64,000 nt of DNA, taken from the IMG/VR virus record IMGVR_UViG_3300021255_005861, positions 96,001 to 160,000 of that record. One strand, 5' to 3'. Numbering within the stretch: position 1 is the stretch's first letter; each line of letters starts with the position of its first letter. This DNA is from a virus. Its lineage: Duplodnaviria; Caudoviricetes. The notes below the pieces were generated by a model. It was given only the letters and a program-made list of their open reading frames with translations, was not told where the DNA came from and ran no database searches. This document shows positions 18,245 to 27,650 of this stretch, one piece after another. A program made the translations under genes and the position numbers.

Positions 18245-19625
18245 GTCAACTACTCACCGCCTAAAGGCGGTGAGCTTGTAATGCCCCAGATGTTTCCATA
18301 GGGGACTTACAGTACGATCGGGTGGTTGACTCACACCCTGCCCTCCAGGTTTGCAATGCTCCATCAAGGGGCATCTTGAACGAGAAGGGATGTTTGCTCT
18401 TCCGAGCGATGTTGATTGCCGCATTCCAATCCGAATCAAGGATGGTACCGTTCTTGCAATAGAACCTTCGGTTCTTGCGAGTACCTTCCTTTTTGCCAGT
18501 GGTGCAGTCAATCTGGCTTGTCATGAATGGGGAAACTGTTTCTACCCGCTTGCCCGCGAGTAGTGCCTTGTATGACAGGATTTGTTTTAACTTATAGAAC
18601 GGCACCTGGGAAATCCTACGGTTGTGGCCCTTCCTCTTCTTGCCGTCCTTGGTCTTTGAAGTTTTCTGCTTTATTTTTGACAGGTCTTCGAGCACGATGA
18701 TGCTTGCGTCGGTACTGTGTATGATGGCGTTCGCTACTCGGCAGCACATGTCATCGGACTGCCGTTGCTCCTTCTTGCATAGCTTGTGCCTATGCCTGTG
18801 TGCACTCTTCGTGCCCTTCTTCTGTAGACTACTCTTCAAGTAACGAATCTTTCTGCGTCTAGCGTTATATTCCTTGTCGTTGAGCATCAACCCGTCAGAA
18901 GTTATCACAAAACGGCGCTCGCCCAGGTCAACGCCTATGCAAGTTTCGTCCTTCAAAGGTACTTCCGGAACCTCAAACGACAGTGCGAGGAAGAACCTAT
19001 CATCATGCTTAAATATCAGCGGATCATGCACGGGATACTTTCCGAACATCTCTTCCAGCTTCGGGTACTTGACTATATCGGCATCTACCCGCTTTCCTGG
19101 ATTGGCCGAGCATAATGAAATCGAAGATAAACTTAACCTGGAATACAGACGCTTGTCAAGACGCATCGAAAGGTTCTTCTTCGTAGGCACCTTGTGCTCG
19201 ACATGACCGTTGCTGTTGATTGAACGGAACGCCGATATGCAATCCTTGTATATCTTGATTATTCCCTGCGACGGTATCGTCGGAAACTTCTTGCGTAATT
19301 CGTAGTACACTGCGTTGTGTACAGACTGCAAGTCCAGGTGTACCTTACGGGTGGTTATGATGTTAGCACATTCGTTGTACGCAAGTCGAGATACTTCAAG
19401 AAGACTCGTCCAGTATTCCTGGCCGGCAATATCCTTGAATTTTAGCTCGGCATTGTATGTTATTGTACTCATCTATACTTCACCCGTGTTCACCTATAAG
19501 TTTAGATAATTTCAGTTACAAAAACAAGCAATTTCCGCATTATAACAAAATAAAGCGTTCCCAAAATGTTCTCGCAAGCATTCCTATGCCGCCCTAAAGG
19601 GACGGCATCTTCCTGCCAACTTTTT
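18245..19625 (-). mobile_element. IS200/IS605-family (IS1341-like) tnpB-only element
   Basis: CTTTAG-loop hairpins at both ends; right end ...gtagttgac; TTCAC precedes the left end. Confidence 0.85.
18261..19472 (-). CDS. tnpB: TnpB RNA-guided nuclease
   Basis: GVDLGE, IVLEDL, DSDWNAAINI. Confidence 0.9.
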   Translation of the reverse strand: MSTITYNAELKFKDIAGQEYWTSLLEVSRLAYNECANIITTRKVHLDLQSVHNAVYYELRKKFPTIPSQGIIKIYKDCISAFRSINSNGHVEHKVPTKKNLSMRLDKRLYSRLSLSSISLCSANPGKRVDADIVKYPKLEEMFGKYPVHDPLIFKHDDRFFLALSFEVPEVPLKDETCIGVDLGERRFVITSDGLMLNDKEYNARRRKIRYLKSSLQKKGTKSAHRHRHKLCKKEQRQSDDMCCRVANAIIHSTDASIIVLEDLSKIKQKTSKTKDGKKRKGHNRRISQVPFYKLKQILSYKALLAGKRVETVSPFMTSQIDCTTGKKEGTRKNRRFYCKNGTILDSDWNAAINIARKSKHPFSFKMPLDGALQTWRAGCESTTRSYCKSPMETSGALQAHRL

Positions 19626-19691
19626 GTGAACTGCACATATCTCCATGGTATGTGTGAGGCGGGTCCGACTCCCGCACTTTCCCCGAAACAT

Positions 19692-19764
19692 TGGATAGTA
19701 GCTCAATGGTAGAGCGTCCCGCTGTTAACGGGAGGGTTGTAGGTTCGAGTCCCTTCTTCTCCGC
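19692..19764 (+). tRNA. tRNA-Asn(GTT), imperfect T and acceptor stems
   Basis: tcccg-CTGTTAA-cggga; canonical D-arm. Confidence 0.8.
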
Positions 19765-19769
19765 TAGAT

Positions 19770-19843
19770 GCGGCTATAGCACAGCCTGGTCAGTGTGCCG
19801 GTTTGCCATATCGGAGACTCGGGTTCAAGTCCGGTCGTCCGCT
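19770..19843 (+). tRNA. tRNA-Gly(GCC), imperfect stems
   Basis: ccggt-TTGCCAT-atcgg; U73. Confidence 0.75.
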
Positions 19844-20062
19844 CTATTTGAGTTGCTTTATGGAGAGGTCCTCACCCCAGATATCCGTGACGCTCGCCCC
19901 GTAGACGCGGACGAACTTCCTGCCGTCGTAGGCCTTCATCCATTGCCACGAGCGGGCGTCGGGAATCGTAAGTGTGTAGCAGTTGTCCCCGCGGCAGACC
20001 TCGAAGGACAGGGCAGATGCGGTGACGGCAAGCAGTAGGACGGACAGTGCGATGGCTTTCAT
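19844..20062 (-). CDS. Small secreted protein
   Basis: Signal peptide MKAIALSVLLLAVTASA; RBS AAGGAG. Confidence 0.65.
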   Translation of the reverse strand: MKAIALSVLLLAVTASALSFEVCRGDNCYTLTIPDARSWQWMKAYDGRKFVRVYGASVTDIWGEDLSIKQLK

Positions 20063-20115
20063 AGGGAAACTCCTTGTACTCTAAATATATATTTTTCTTA
20101 CATTTTAAAAATCTA

Positions 20116-20144
20116 TTGACTGCGTTTTGTGCATAATCTATATT
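20116..20144 (+). promoter_or_regulatory. Sigma70-type promoter upstream of rtcB
   Basis: TTGACT-N17-TATATT. Confidence 0.65.
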
Positions 20145-20165
20145 GGAAGAACTACAGAGGTTATT

Positions 20166-20267
20166 ATGCTGAAGATACACGTGAACGAGCAGAAGATTGA
20201 AGATGTGGCTGGACGACAAGTCAGCATCGGATCCCCGCAGTACCAACAGGGAGGCCTGCAATCTTGA
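20166..20267 (+). pseudogene. Short ORF or remnant carrying the KIHVNE leader
   Basis: RBS GAGG; MLKIHVNEQKIED...; probably an internally deleted gene. Confidence 0.4.
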
Positions 20268-20299
20268 GTGGCGCAGGCTCCACGGATAAGGATTTAGAA

Positions 20300-21502
20300 A
20301 TGATTGAAATTCAAGGAAAATACAATACCGCCAAGGTATATACCGACAATATCGAGGAGGCAGCCTATAAGCAAATCCTCAACTTGATGAACCAGAAGTT
20401 CGCCGAGGGTTCACATTTCGCCATTATGCCCGACTGCCATGCCGGGGTCGGCTGCGTCATCGGGCTTACCATGAAAATCGTAGACCGTGTCGTACCGAAC
20501 CTGGTCGGTGTGGATATCGGGTGTTCTATGCTCGTGCTCAAGGTAGACAAGTCCTTCCACTTCGACCTTCCGAAAGTGGACAAGGTGTGGCACCAGTGCA
20601 TCCCGTCGGGAATGAACCATAATGTAAAGAAGCACCGGTTTGCCGACCGCGTAAACCTCGAGGACATGATAGCCCCGGTGAACGTGGACAAGCTGAAATT
20701 GTCCATTGGGACTCTCGGTGGGGGTAACCACTTCGGCGAAATCAACGAGGACGACGAGGGCAACCACTATATCGTAATCCACTCCGGGTCGCGCCACCTC
20801 GGTATCGAGGTGTGCCGGTACTACCAGGACTTGGCAATCAAGTACCACCGCAATGACCGCACGGCAATGCAGGATGCCATCAAGCGCCTGAAGCAGGCTG
20901 GTCGCGAGTATGAGATCGAGGACACCCTGCAACGTATGAGCGCGGAGCGTACACCTGTACCGAACGAACTCGCTTACCTGGAAGGTGCACTTATGCAGGA
21001 CTACCTTCACGACATGCGGATAGCGCAGGATTTTGCTATGTGGAACCGCGAGGCGATGATGGACGTCCTTGTGTCCGAACTGGGAATCAAGAAGCGTCAT
21101 ATCCAGGACAAGTTCTGTACGATGCACAACTACATAGATTTGGATAACATGGTTCTCCGCAAGGGCGCCATATCCCTGCAAAAGGACGAGGTCGCCCTAA
21201 TCCCTATGAATATGCGGGACGGCTCTCTAATCGTCAAGGGAAAGGGTAACCCGGAGTGGAACTGCTCGGGTCCGCACGGGGCTGGGCGACTCATGTCCCG
21301 CTCGAAGGCGAAGGAATCGTTGAAAATGGAGGACTTCAAGGCTGCCATGTCCGGCATCTACACTACTTGCGTGAGCTCCTCCACTATAGACGAGTCCCCG
21401 ATGGCCTACAAGCCGATGGACGAGATAGTGGCGAACATCCAGGACACCGCCGAGGTTATCAAGGTCATCAAGCCTATCTACAACTTCAAGGCCTCCGAAT
21501 GA
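20300..21502 (+). CDS. rtcB: RtcB RNA ligase
   Basis: MPDCHAG, GVDIGC, GTLGGGNHF, HSGSR, HNY, RKGA, HGAGR, DESPMAYK. Confidence 0.95.
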   Translation: MIEIQGKYNTAKVYTDNIEEAAYKQILNLMNQKFAEGSHFAIMPDCHAGVGCVIGLTMKIVDRVVPNLVGVDIGCSMLVLKVDKSFHFDLPKVDKVWHQCIPSGMNHNVKKHRFADRVNLEDMIAPVNVDKLKLSIGTLGGGNHFGEINEDDEGNHYIVIHSGSRHLGIEVCRYYQDLAIKYHRNDRTAMQDAIKRLKQAGREYEIEDTLQRMSAERTPVPNELAYLEGALMQDYLHDMRIAQDFAMWNREAMMDVLVSELGIKKRHIQDKFCTMHNYIDLDNMVLRKGAISLQKDEVALIPMNMRDGSLIVKGKGNPEWNCSGPHGAGRLMSRSKAKESLKMEDFKAAMSGIYTTCVSSSTIDESPMAYKPMDEIVANIQDTAEVIKVIKPIYNFKASE

Positions 21503-21816
21503 GATACGCACAACAGTACAGGTTCAAGGACTGGACGAACGAGCAGGTACAGCTCGTGCTCCAGGACAAGATACCGGAAGGAAAGACATACAACCAGTGC
21601 TACTACTTCAGCAACCGCTACCTGCATCGCCCGTTCACGCCCGCCCGCAAGAAGCAGCACGCACGTATAATCGAGATGGGACGGCAACTGATAACCGTAT
21701 TTCTACCAACAATTACCATTTTTAGGCATTTTCTATATAAAATTTTCTTCAAAAATTTCTTGTTTTTGTATAAAAATAAATGTAGATTATTATAAACTTG
21801 ATAATGTATGCGAGTA

Positions 21817-21900
21817 TGTGAGAGTCCCCGCATAACACTAGAACGGACTTTTGAATGCCCGATGGATGCCGACTCTCACAATAGGTGATCATCGGGCATT
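21817..21900 (+). promoter_or_regulatory. 5'-leader pseudoknot of tnpB copy B
   Basis: tgtgagagtc/gactctcaca plus aatgcccg...cgggcatt stem. Confidence 0.7.
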
Positions 21901-21913
21901 TGCTATATGGACT

Positions 21914-23284
21914 ATGGAACAGCACTGCGGAAGGAAGATATGCTTGAAGCCGAGCAAGGCACAAATACCGATTCTATATCGGATGTGTGCCGTTTCCCGT
22001 CGTGCTTATAATTGGAAACTCGCAGAACAGAACAAGGTTTACGAGTTGGCTAAAGCCAATACGCCCGAAGGCGAGAAGGTTAAGTGCAAGTTCGGTTCTC
22101 CTATTGATTGGCACAGGGAATGGTGCATACACAAGAAACTCCCCGAAAACAAGTGGATGACCGAAGTCTCCAAGTTCTGCGGTCAGGAAGCCTTGATAGA
22201 CTTGGGTGCTGCGTGGAAGCGGTTCTTCAAGGGTCAAGCCAAGCATCCACGTTTCCACAAGTATAACCGGGATAACTCGTTTAGGTGCAGCGGTGGCGTG
22301 TTCATCGGTCGTGATTTCGTGCAACTTCCGACACTTGGAAAAGTTCGCCTGCAAGAGAAGGATTACATCAAGATACCGAAGGACAGCGAGAAGATACCGC
22401 TTGCGATGGCTACCGTATCGGTGGACGCAAGCGGGAAGTGGTTCGTGTCGTTCGCCTACGTGACGGATATTATACCTATACACGAAGTAGTGTCTAGCAT
22501 AGCCACTGACGATATTGTAGGCATAGACTTCGGTATTAAAGACTTGGCTATCACTAGCGAGGGTATCGTGTATGCGAATCCCAAGGGATATGCCCGTGCA
22601 AAGGCTAGACTTCGGAGATACCAAAGGGCTTTGAGTAGGAAGAAGAAATGCTCAAAGAACAAGAACAAGTGCCGTAAGCGTATAGCCCGTCTGTATAGGC
22701 GTATAACTAACGTCCGCATAGATACGGCACATCAGTTTACTAGCGATGTCGTTTACAAGTCCAAACCGAAAATGGTAGTCATTGAGGACTTGAAGCCACA
22801 GAATATGGCGAAGAACCACAAGTTAGCATCTGCCATCCTGGATGCCAATTTCGGGCGTATGCGGACATACCTTGAATACAAGTGCAGATGGAATAACATA
22901 AACTTGGCTGTTGCACCGAGATTTTACGCTAGTAGTCAGTATTGCTCGCACTGCGGACAATACAAGAACGAAGATTTGAAACTGAATGACAGAGAGTGGG
23001 TATGCCCCGTATGCGGGCATAAACACGACCGAGATTACAATGCAGCCAGGAACTTGCAGTTCTATGGCTTGTGGCTCACTGGACTCGTGAGAACACAAAA
23101 TAGTTGCGGTGAGAACACCGTCAAAGCCTGCCCCCACGGAAACACAGGATGTGTTTCTTATCGGGAAGGTATGACCTATGTCAGCCCTAGAGATATGAGG
23201 TTGCAGTTCTTGGAATCCCAAGAGCAGTGCATATCGCTGAAGCAGGAAATCACTAATACATATTTAATTGGTAGAAATGTGTAG
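21914..23284 (+). CDS. tnpB: TnpB RNA-guided nuclease, paralog of 15443-16834
   Basis: GIDFG, VVIEDL, HDRDYNAA. Confidence 0.92.
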   Translation: MEQHCGRKICLKPSKAQIPILYRMCAVSRRAYNWKLAEQNKVYELAKANTPEGEKVKCKFGSPIDWHREWCIHKKLPENKWMTEVSKFCGQEALIDLGAAWKRFFKGQAKHPRFHKYNRDNSFRCSGGVFIGRDFVQLPTLGKVRLQEKDYIKIPKDSEKIPLAMATVSVDASGKWFVSFAYVTDIIPIHEVVSSIATDDIVGIDFGIKDLAITSEGIVYANPKGYARAKARLRRYQRALSRKKKCSKNKNKCRKRIARLYRRITNVRIDTAHQFTSDVVYKSKPKMVVIEDLKPQNMAKNHKLASAILDANFGRMRTYLEYKCRWNNINLAVAPRFYASSQYCSHCGQYKNEDLKLNDREWVCPVCGHKHDRDYNAARNLQFYGLWLTGLVRTQNSCGENTVKACPHGNTGCVSYREGMTYVSPRDMRLQFLESQEQCISLKQEITNTYLIGRNV

Positions 23285-23415
23285 AAATGATTTATCGGGG
23301 AACAGATAGAGGATATGCTCAACCAGCTCCTCTCCTACGCGGAGATAGCCGAGCGGTTCAACCTATCCAAGCAGAGAATCTATAGCATTATGCAACGATA
23401 CAAGGAATTAAAGAG

Positions 23416-23895
23416 ATGATAAAAATCAAGGTACACGAGAAGCACATTACCCTGGAGGACGTGGACGATGCGTTCAAGTCCCAGGCGTACAACCTCATGG
23501 AGAACTGGTGCCTCGTACGGGTATCCGAGCTGGACGATGCCTTCTCCTACGAGCACAACCACTGGATCGACGAACTCTATGCTGCCCTGTTTAACTGCTT
23601 GAAGGTAATATTGAACATACCTCACTCCCAGAGGGCCTTGCTCAAGCGGATAGACAAGGGGCTGAATCTGCCCATCATCACCGACCCGGACAAGTCACGG
23701 AACCTTATTGAGACCAAGTTCCTCGTGAAGGAGCATATTCCCGAGGACGTGTTCAACCAGGTGCTCGCGGAGTGGTACACGGACGGCAAGGCCGAGCTCC
23801 GCAAGGTGCTGACCTCCGAGCAGAGCCTCGTGTCCTACATCCGGGCCAAGCAGGCTACGGCGCCCGCAAAGAAAACAAGAAAGAGACGCAAGTGA
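23416..23895 (+). CDS. Hypothetical protein with KIKVHE leader
   Basis: MIKIKVHEKHITLED. Confidence 0.6.
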   Translation: MIKIKVHEKHITLEDVDDAFKSQAYNLMENWCLVRVSELDDAFSYEHNHWIDELYAALFNCLKVILNIPHSQRALLKRIDKGLNLPIITDPDKSRNLIETKFLVKEHIPEDVFNQVLAEWYTDGKAELRKVLTSEQSLVSYIRAKQATAPAKKTRKRRK

Positions 23896-23902
23896 GGATT
23901 TT

Positions 23903-24532
23903 ATGCGACACTTCAAGGATCTGCCCCAGTCTACGGGGCATTCTATGACTTATGCCGGTATCGGCAACCGCGACCTCGACGGGGTGCGGGAAAGCAACAC
24001 CCACGAGCCCGTACAGAACGTGATGGCGTGGATAGCCGGAGAACTAGAGAAACTCGGCTACACGTTGAACAGCGGTGGTGCGAAGGGCGCGGACCTTTCC
24101 TTCGAGAGTGGCGTAAAGTCCCGCGGTCACAAGAACGTGTTCTATGCCGCCGATGCAACCGAGGAAACCCGCGCCATAGCGCAGGAACTGCACCCGAGGC
24201 ACGGGAACCTTTCCGGCATCGCCCTCGACCTGTTCGCCCGCAACACGAACCAGGTGTTCGGCCTGAACCTGGATACGACCGTGGACTTCGTGGTGTGCTA
24301 TACCCGCGACGGGTGCGAAACTGCGAGGGAACGTACACGTGATACGGGTGGCACGGGGCAGGCGATAGAGATGGCCGACCGCAAGGGGGCCCCCGTGTTC
24401 AACATGAAGAAGAAGGACTGGCTCGACAGGCTTAACGCCTTCCTCAAGTCGCACGGGGTAACGGACAAGGACATTGAGTTCCCGAAGGGGAAGCTCCCGT
24501 CGGTTCCCGCACGCTTCCTCTGGCACAGGTAA
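23903..24532 (+). CDS. DprA/Smf-like SLOG-family protein
   Basis: YAGIGNR, SGGAKGAD, ARN, GGTGQAI. Confidence 0.8.
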   Translation: MRHFKDLPQSTGHSMTYAGIGNRDLDGVRESNTHEPVQNVMAWIAGELEKLGYTLNSGGAKGADLSFESGVKSRGHKNVFYAADATEETRAIAQELHPRHGNLSGIALDLFARNTNQVFGLNLDTTVDFVVCYTRDGCETARERTRDTGGTGQAIEMADRKGAPVFNMKKKDWLDRLNAFLKSHGVTDKDIEFPKGKLPSVPARFLWHR

Positions 24533-24535
24533 CCC

Positions 24536-25468
24536 ATGACCGATTGGAAACGGCTATTCGAGGACCTCGGCGTTCCCTGCTTCGATAGCGGGAAGAACGT
24601 GTCCCCCGGTAACATCAACATCCAGTGCCCCTTCTGCTCCGATTCATCGGATCATCTGGGATTCTCCATAGAGAAGGGTAACTGCCACTGTTGGCGTTGC
24701 AAGGCGGGCGCTCCCGCCAAGGCTGTGTCCCTCGCGGCCCACATACCCCTGGAGAAGGCGAAGGACTTGATACGCAAGTATACCACGGGCGACATGTCCG
24801 TGCTGGGCATAACGCAACGAAAGCGGGCACGGGCCAGCGAGATAACCATGCCTGGGACGGCGCTGGGAGCACCCCACCGAAAGTACCTGGAGGGACGCAA
24901 CTTCGACCCGGACGAACTCGTGTTCTACCACGGGATAAAGGGGACGGACTTCTCGGGGATGTGGAACGGGATAGACTTCCGCTACCGCATAATGATACCC
25001 GTGTACGACGGCGACGGCAGGCTCTGCACCTTCCAGGGTCGCGACTATACCGGAAAGTCCGACCTCCGCTATAAGTGCTGCCCCGTGGAGAAGGCGATAG
25101 TCCACCACAAGCACCTGCTATATGGTGCGGAGATGGCGCAAGGCCTCAAGCGTATCGTGGTGGTGGAGGGCGTGTTCGACCAGTGGCGGATGGGGCAGGG
25201 GTGCGTGGCCACCTTCGGTACCTCGCTCACGAGGGAGCAGGTAAACCTGCTTACCAACTGGAAGGAGGTGATATTCCTGTTCGATCCCGAGCCCGAGGCC
25301 CAGCAACACGCAAGGGACTACGCGCAAGACATAGCGGCCTGCGGGTGCTCCGTGGAGATATGCGCCGCCGAGTTCGGCAACGACAAGGACGGCAATCCGA
25401 TAGACCCTGGCGACCTCTCCCCCGAGAGGGCACGGGACATAATGAGAGATTTTGGTTTCAAAAGATAG
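24536..25468 (+). CDS. DnaG-type primase
   Basis: CPFC...CWRC zinc finger, FQGR, TOPRIM VVEGVFD and FDPE. Confidence 0.88.
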   Translation: MTDWKRLFEDLGVPCFDSGKNVSPGNINIQCPFCSDSSDHLGFSIEKGNCHCWRCKAGAPAKAVSLAAHIPLEKAKDLIRKYTTGDMSVLGITQRKRARASEITMPGTALGAPHRKYLEGRNFDPDELVFYHGIKGTDFSGMWNGIDFRYRIMIPVYDGDGRLCTFQGRDYTGKSDLRYKCCPVEKAIVHHKHLLYGAEMAQGLKRIVVVEGVFDQWRMGQGCVATFGTSLTREQVNLLTNWKEVIFLFDPEPEAQQHARDYAQDIAACGCSVEICAAEFGNDKDGNPIDPGDLSPERARDIMRDFGFKR

Positions 25469-25476
25469 GAGTTACT

Positions 25477-26514
25477 ATGGGCTTTGATTTCAGCATGGGC
25501 GCCTCAGACCACGTGTCGGTCGGCAGGGACGCCCTCAAGAGATTTATCGGCGTGGCACGCAAGGTGGTGCCCCAGCGCAACATCATGGAGATACTCAAGA
25601 CGGTGCACGTGCAGTGCTTCGGCACTATCGGGTATCTCTCCGTTACGGACAGCTACAACTTCCTTACGCTCCCCGTAAAGGGTAGCGGCGGCTTCGACGT
25701 GTGCGTGGACTTCAAGGGGTTCTGCGACCTCGTGGCCGGATCCACATCGGACGAGGTGACCCTGGAGTACTCGGACGGGGAACTGCGTATGACCGTGTTT
25801 GGCACCACGCAGGGCAGCATATCCACCATACCCGGCGAGGACTTCCCCCCGAACCTCTGCAGGAAGGACTTGGGTAGCGGATATGCGATATCCAGGGAAC
25901 TCGGGAGCACGCTCTCCCGCCTTACCTCGCTCTGCGTGGACGACGGGAGATTCCCGGCCCTTTCCCATATCCTCGTGACGGCCAAGGACTCCGTGGGGTT
26001 CCGTTGTGGCGGTGCCTTCCTGATGGGCACGGCGTGGGAGGTATCCCGCGAGGACAACTTCGTTCTCCCGAACGTGGCGGCATCCATGCTCAAGGACGGG
26101 GGTACGCTCTATAGGAACGGGGGAGACTTCAGCATATCCGCCAACGGGATGACCATCGGCGGAAAGACGGTATCCTCCCCGTACCCGTTTCCGAACCTGC
26201 CGAACTACGTGAACGGCGTGGACGTGGACGTGCAGGGGCTGTCGTCTCTGCTCAAGGCGCTCCCCGTGGACTGCGACCGGGCGCTCCTACACCTTTCCCC
26301 GATGACGCTGGACGCCGAGGGCGAGATTACTCCCGAGGAGGCGGTTATGGACAACGGACCCGTATGGCTATCCCGCGACCTGCTCGGCAAGGTGCTGGAA
26401 CTCGTATCCGCCTACCCCTCGGTCAACGTATGCACCGCGGGCGCGACCAGGGCTACGATGTGGACGGCGGGGAACCTGTCGTTCGTCCTTATGCCAATGC
26501 ACCCGAAGAAGTAA
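25477..26514 (+). CDS. Divergent beta-clamp-like protein
   Basis: VPQRNIMEILKTV, TD, EDFP and C-terminal FVLMPM resemble DnaN. Confidence 0.65.
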   Translation: MGFDFSMGASDHVSVGRDALKRFIGVARKVVPQRNIMEILKTVHVQCFGTIGYLSVTDSYNFLTLPVKGSGGFDVCVDFKGFCDLVAGSTSDEVTLEYSDGELRMTVFGTTQGSISTIPGEDFPPNLCRKDLGSGYAISRELGSTLSRLTSLCVDDGRFPALSHILVTAKDSVGFRCGGAFLMGTAWEVSREDNFVLPNVAASMLKDGGTLYRNGGDFSISANGMTIGGKTVSSPYPFPNLPNYVNGVDVDVQGLSSLLKALPVDCDRALLHLSPMTLDAEGEITPEEAVMDNGPVWLSRDLLGKVLELVSAYPSVNVCTAGATRATMWTAGNLSFVLMPMHPKK

Positions 26515-26587
26515 GCCCACGTGCTATAAGTTAAGATAGGGCTACGGGAAATTCCTCCCGTAGCCATTTTTCCCGTAAGGAAACAAC

Positions 26588-26857
26588 ATGTTCAGTTACA
26601 AGTACAACGGGGATAGGGATCTCCTCAAGAACGCAAGGATAAACAAGAAGAGGGCGGTAGCGGTGCATTCGTGCTGCGACTGCGGTTCTACCGAGGACAC
26701 CCGCCCCATCGGGCCGAACACATACATGTGCAAGGCATGCCTGCTGAAGCCCGTGGACGGGATGGACAAAAATTCCTCCCCGTACGGCTACACTTTCGTC
26801 AATAATAATGTATTTTTAGAGCATGGACAAGCTGAAGAACATAAGGGTGACGCATAG
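26588..26857 (+). CDS. Small zinc-finger protein
   Basis: CCDC...CKAC. Confidence 0.5.
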   Translation: MFSYKYNGDRDLLKNARINKKRAVAVHSCCDCGSTEDTRPIGPNTYMCKACLLKPVDGMDKNSSPYGYTFVNNNVFLEHGQAEEHKGDA

Positions 26858-27641
26858 GCTGTGGGCTAACATCTCGCGGTGGGGACGGCTGTCCCCGAAG
26901 TACCTCGTCATCCACTTCACGTCGGGTATAGGCGACAGCGCCGACCTGGCACCGGCAATGTTCAAAATATACAAGACCTACGTGGATAGGGGAAGCAACG
27001 CCCACTACATGGTGGGCAGGTCCGAGATATGGGAGATGGTGGATCCCAAGACCTACTACACGAAGTACTCATGCGGGTCGCCCGTAGGGAAGAAGAACGC
27101 CTGCAGGATACCCGACTGGGGCGTCACGGCATATCAAGGCCCGCTGTCCATGAGCCACGCTGGCCTGGCCGGGCACACGAACACGATAAACGTGGAGGTG
27201 TGCTCGCTAAAGCTGGGGCCGAAGCGTTGCTCCCCGATGGACGACGGGTGGTACTTCCACCCGGACACGTACGGCAACGCGGTGCGGCTGTCCGCGTGGA
27301 TATGCGAGGAATTCGGCATCAAGGTGTCGAACATCATCATGCACAACCAGATCACGGGCAAGCTCTGCCCCGCGATGTGGTGCAACCGGGACGGGGCGGA
27401 GGCGCAGTTCGAGCAGTTCAAGATGGATGTGGGTGCACTCTTGAACGACGCCCCCGTACCCGAACCCCCGAAGGCGCCCGCGGGCGGCACGGTAAAGGTG
27501 TCCGCGGGCTCGCTGTTCTACGCCAAGCCCGATGCCGGCGGTATCGTGCTGGCGCAGGCCAAGGCCGACATGTCGCTGGAGTACACCATAAAGAACGGCC
27601 TGTTCGTATATACGGACATGGGATGGGTCATTTCCAACTAG
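26823..27641 (+). CDS. N-acetylmuramoyl-L-alanine amidase (Amidase_2)
   Basis: VIHFT, NAHY, INVEVC, HNQITGKLCP. Confidence 0.85.
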   Translation: MDKLKNIRVTHRLWANISRWGRLSPKYLVIHFTSGIGDSADLAPAMFKIYKTYVDRGSNAHYMVGRSEIWEMVDPKTYYTKYSCGSPVGKKNACRIPDWGVTAYQGPLSMSHAGLAGHTNTINVEVCSLKLGPKRCSPMDDGWYFHPDTYGNAVRLSAWICEEFGIKVSNIIMHNQITGKLCPAMWCNRDGAEAQFEQFKMDVGALLNDAPVPEPPKAPAGGTVKVSAGSLFYAKPDAGGIVLAQAKADMSLEYTIKNGLFVYTDMGWVISN

Positions 27642-27650
27642 GAGACTTTC

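Larger units (their letters stand above)
18228..19683 (+). pseudogene. tRNA (probably Trp-CCA) split in the D-loop by an IS; halves 18228-18244 and 19626-19683
   Basis: Joined halves fold into a cloverleaf with catat-CTCCATG-gtatg. Confidence 0.65.
21681..23298 (+). mobile_element. Non-autonomous IS607-type tnpB element, copy B
   Basis: Same ends as copy A, GG core dinucleotide. Confidence 0.87.
21499..23419 (+). pseudogene. 100-aa HTH protein gene interrupted by the IS (21499-21680 + 23299-23419)
   Basis: Removing the element gives in-frame ...IIEMG-EQIEDML...SYAEIAERFNLSKQRIYSI. Confidence 0.8.

Noticed and set aside
20166-20267. Second attenuator leader in front of rtcB (it also starts ATGCTGAAGA)
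   Set aside because: No terminator/antiterminator pair found; better explained as a remnant of a KIxVNE-tagged gene.
15221-23298. IStron (group I intron plus IS607) explanation for the two tnpA-less elements
   Set aside because: Only about 220-230 nt lie between the left end and tnpB and I could not find a group I core; RT-PCR for a spliced HTH mRNA would settle it.
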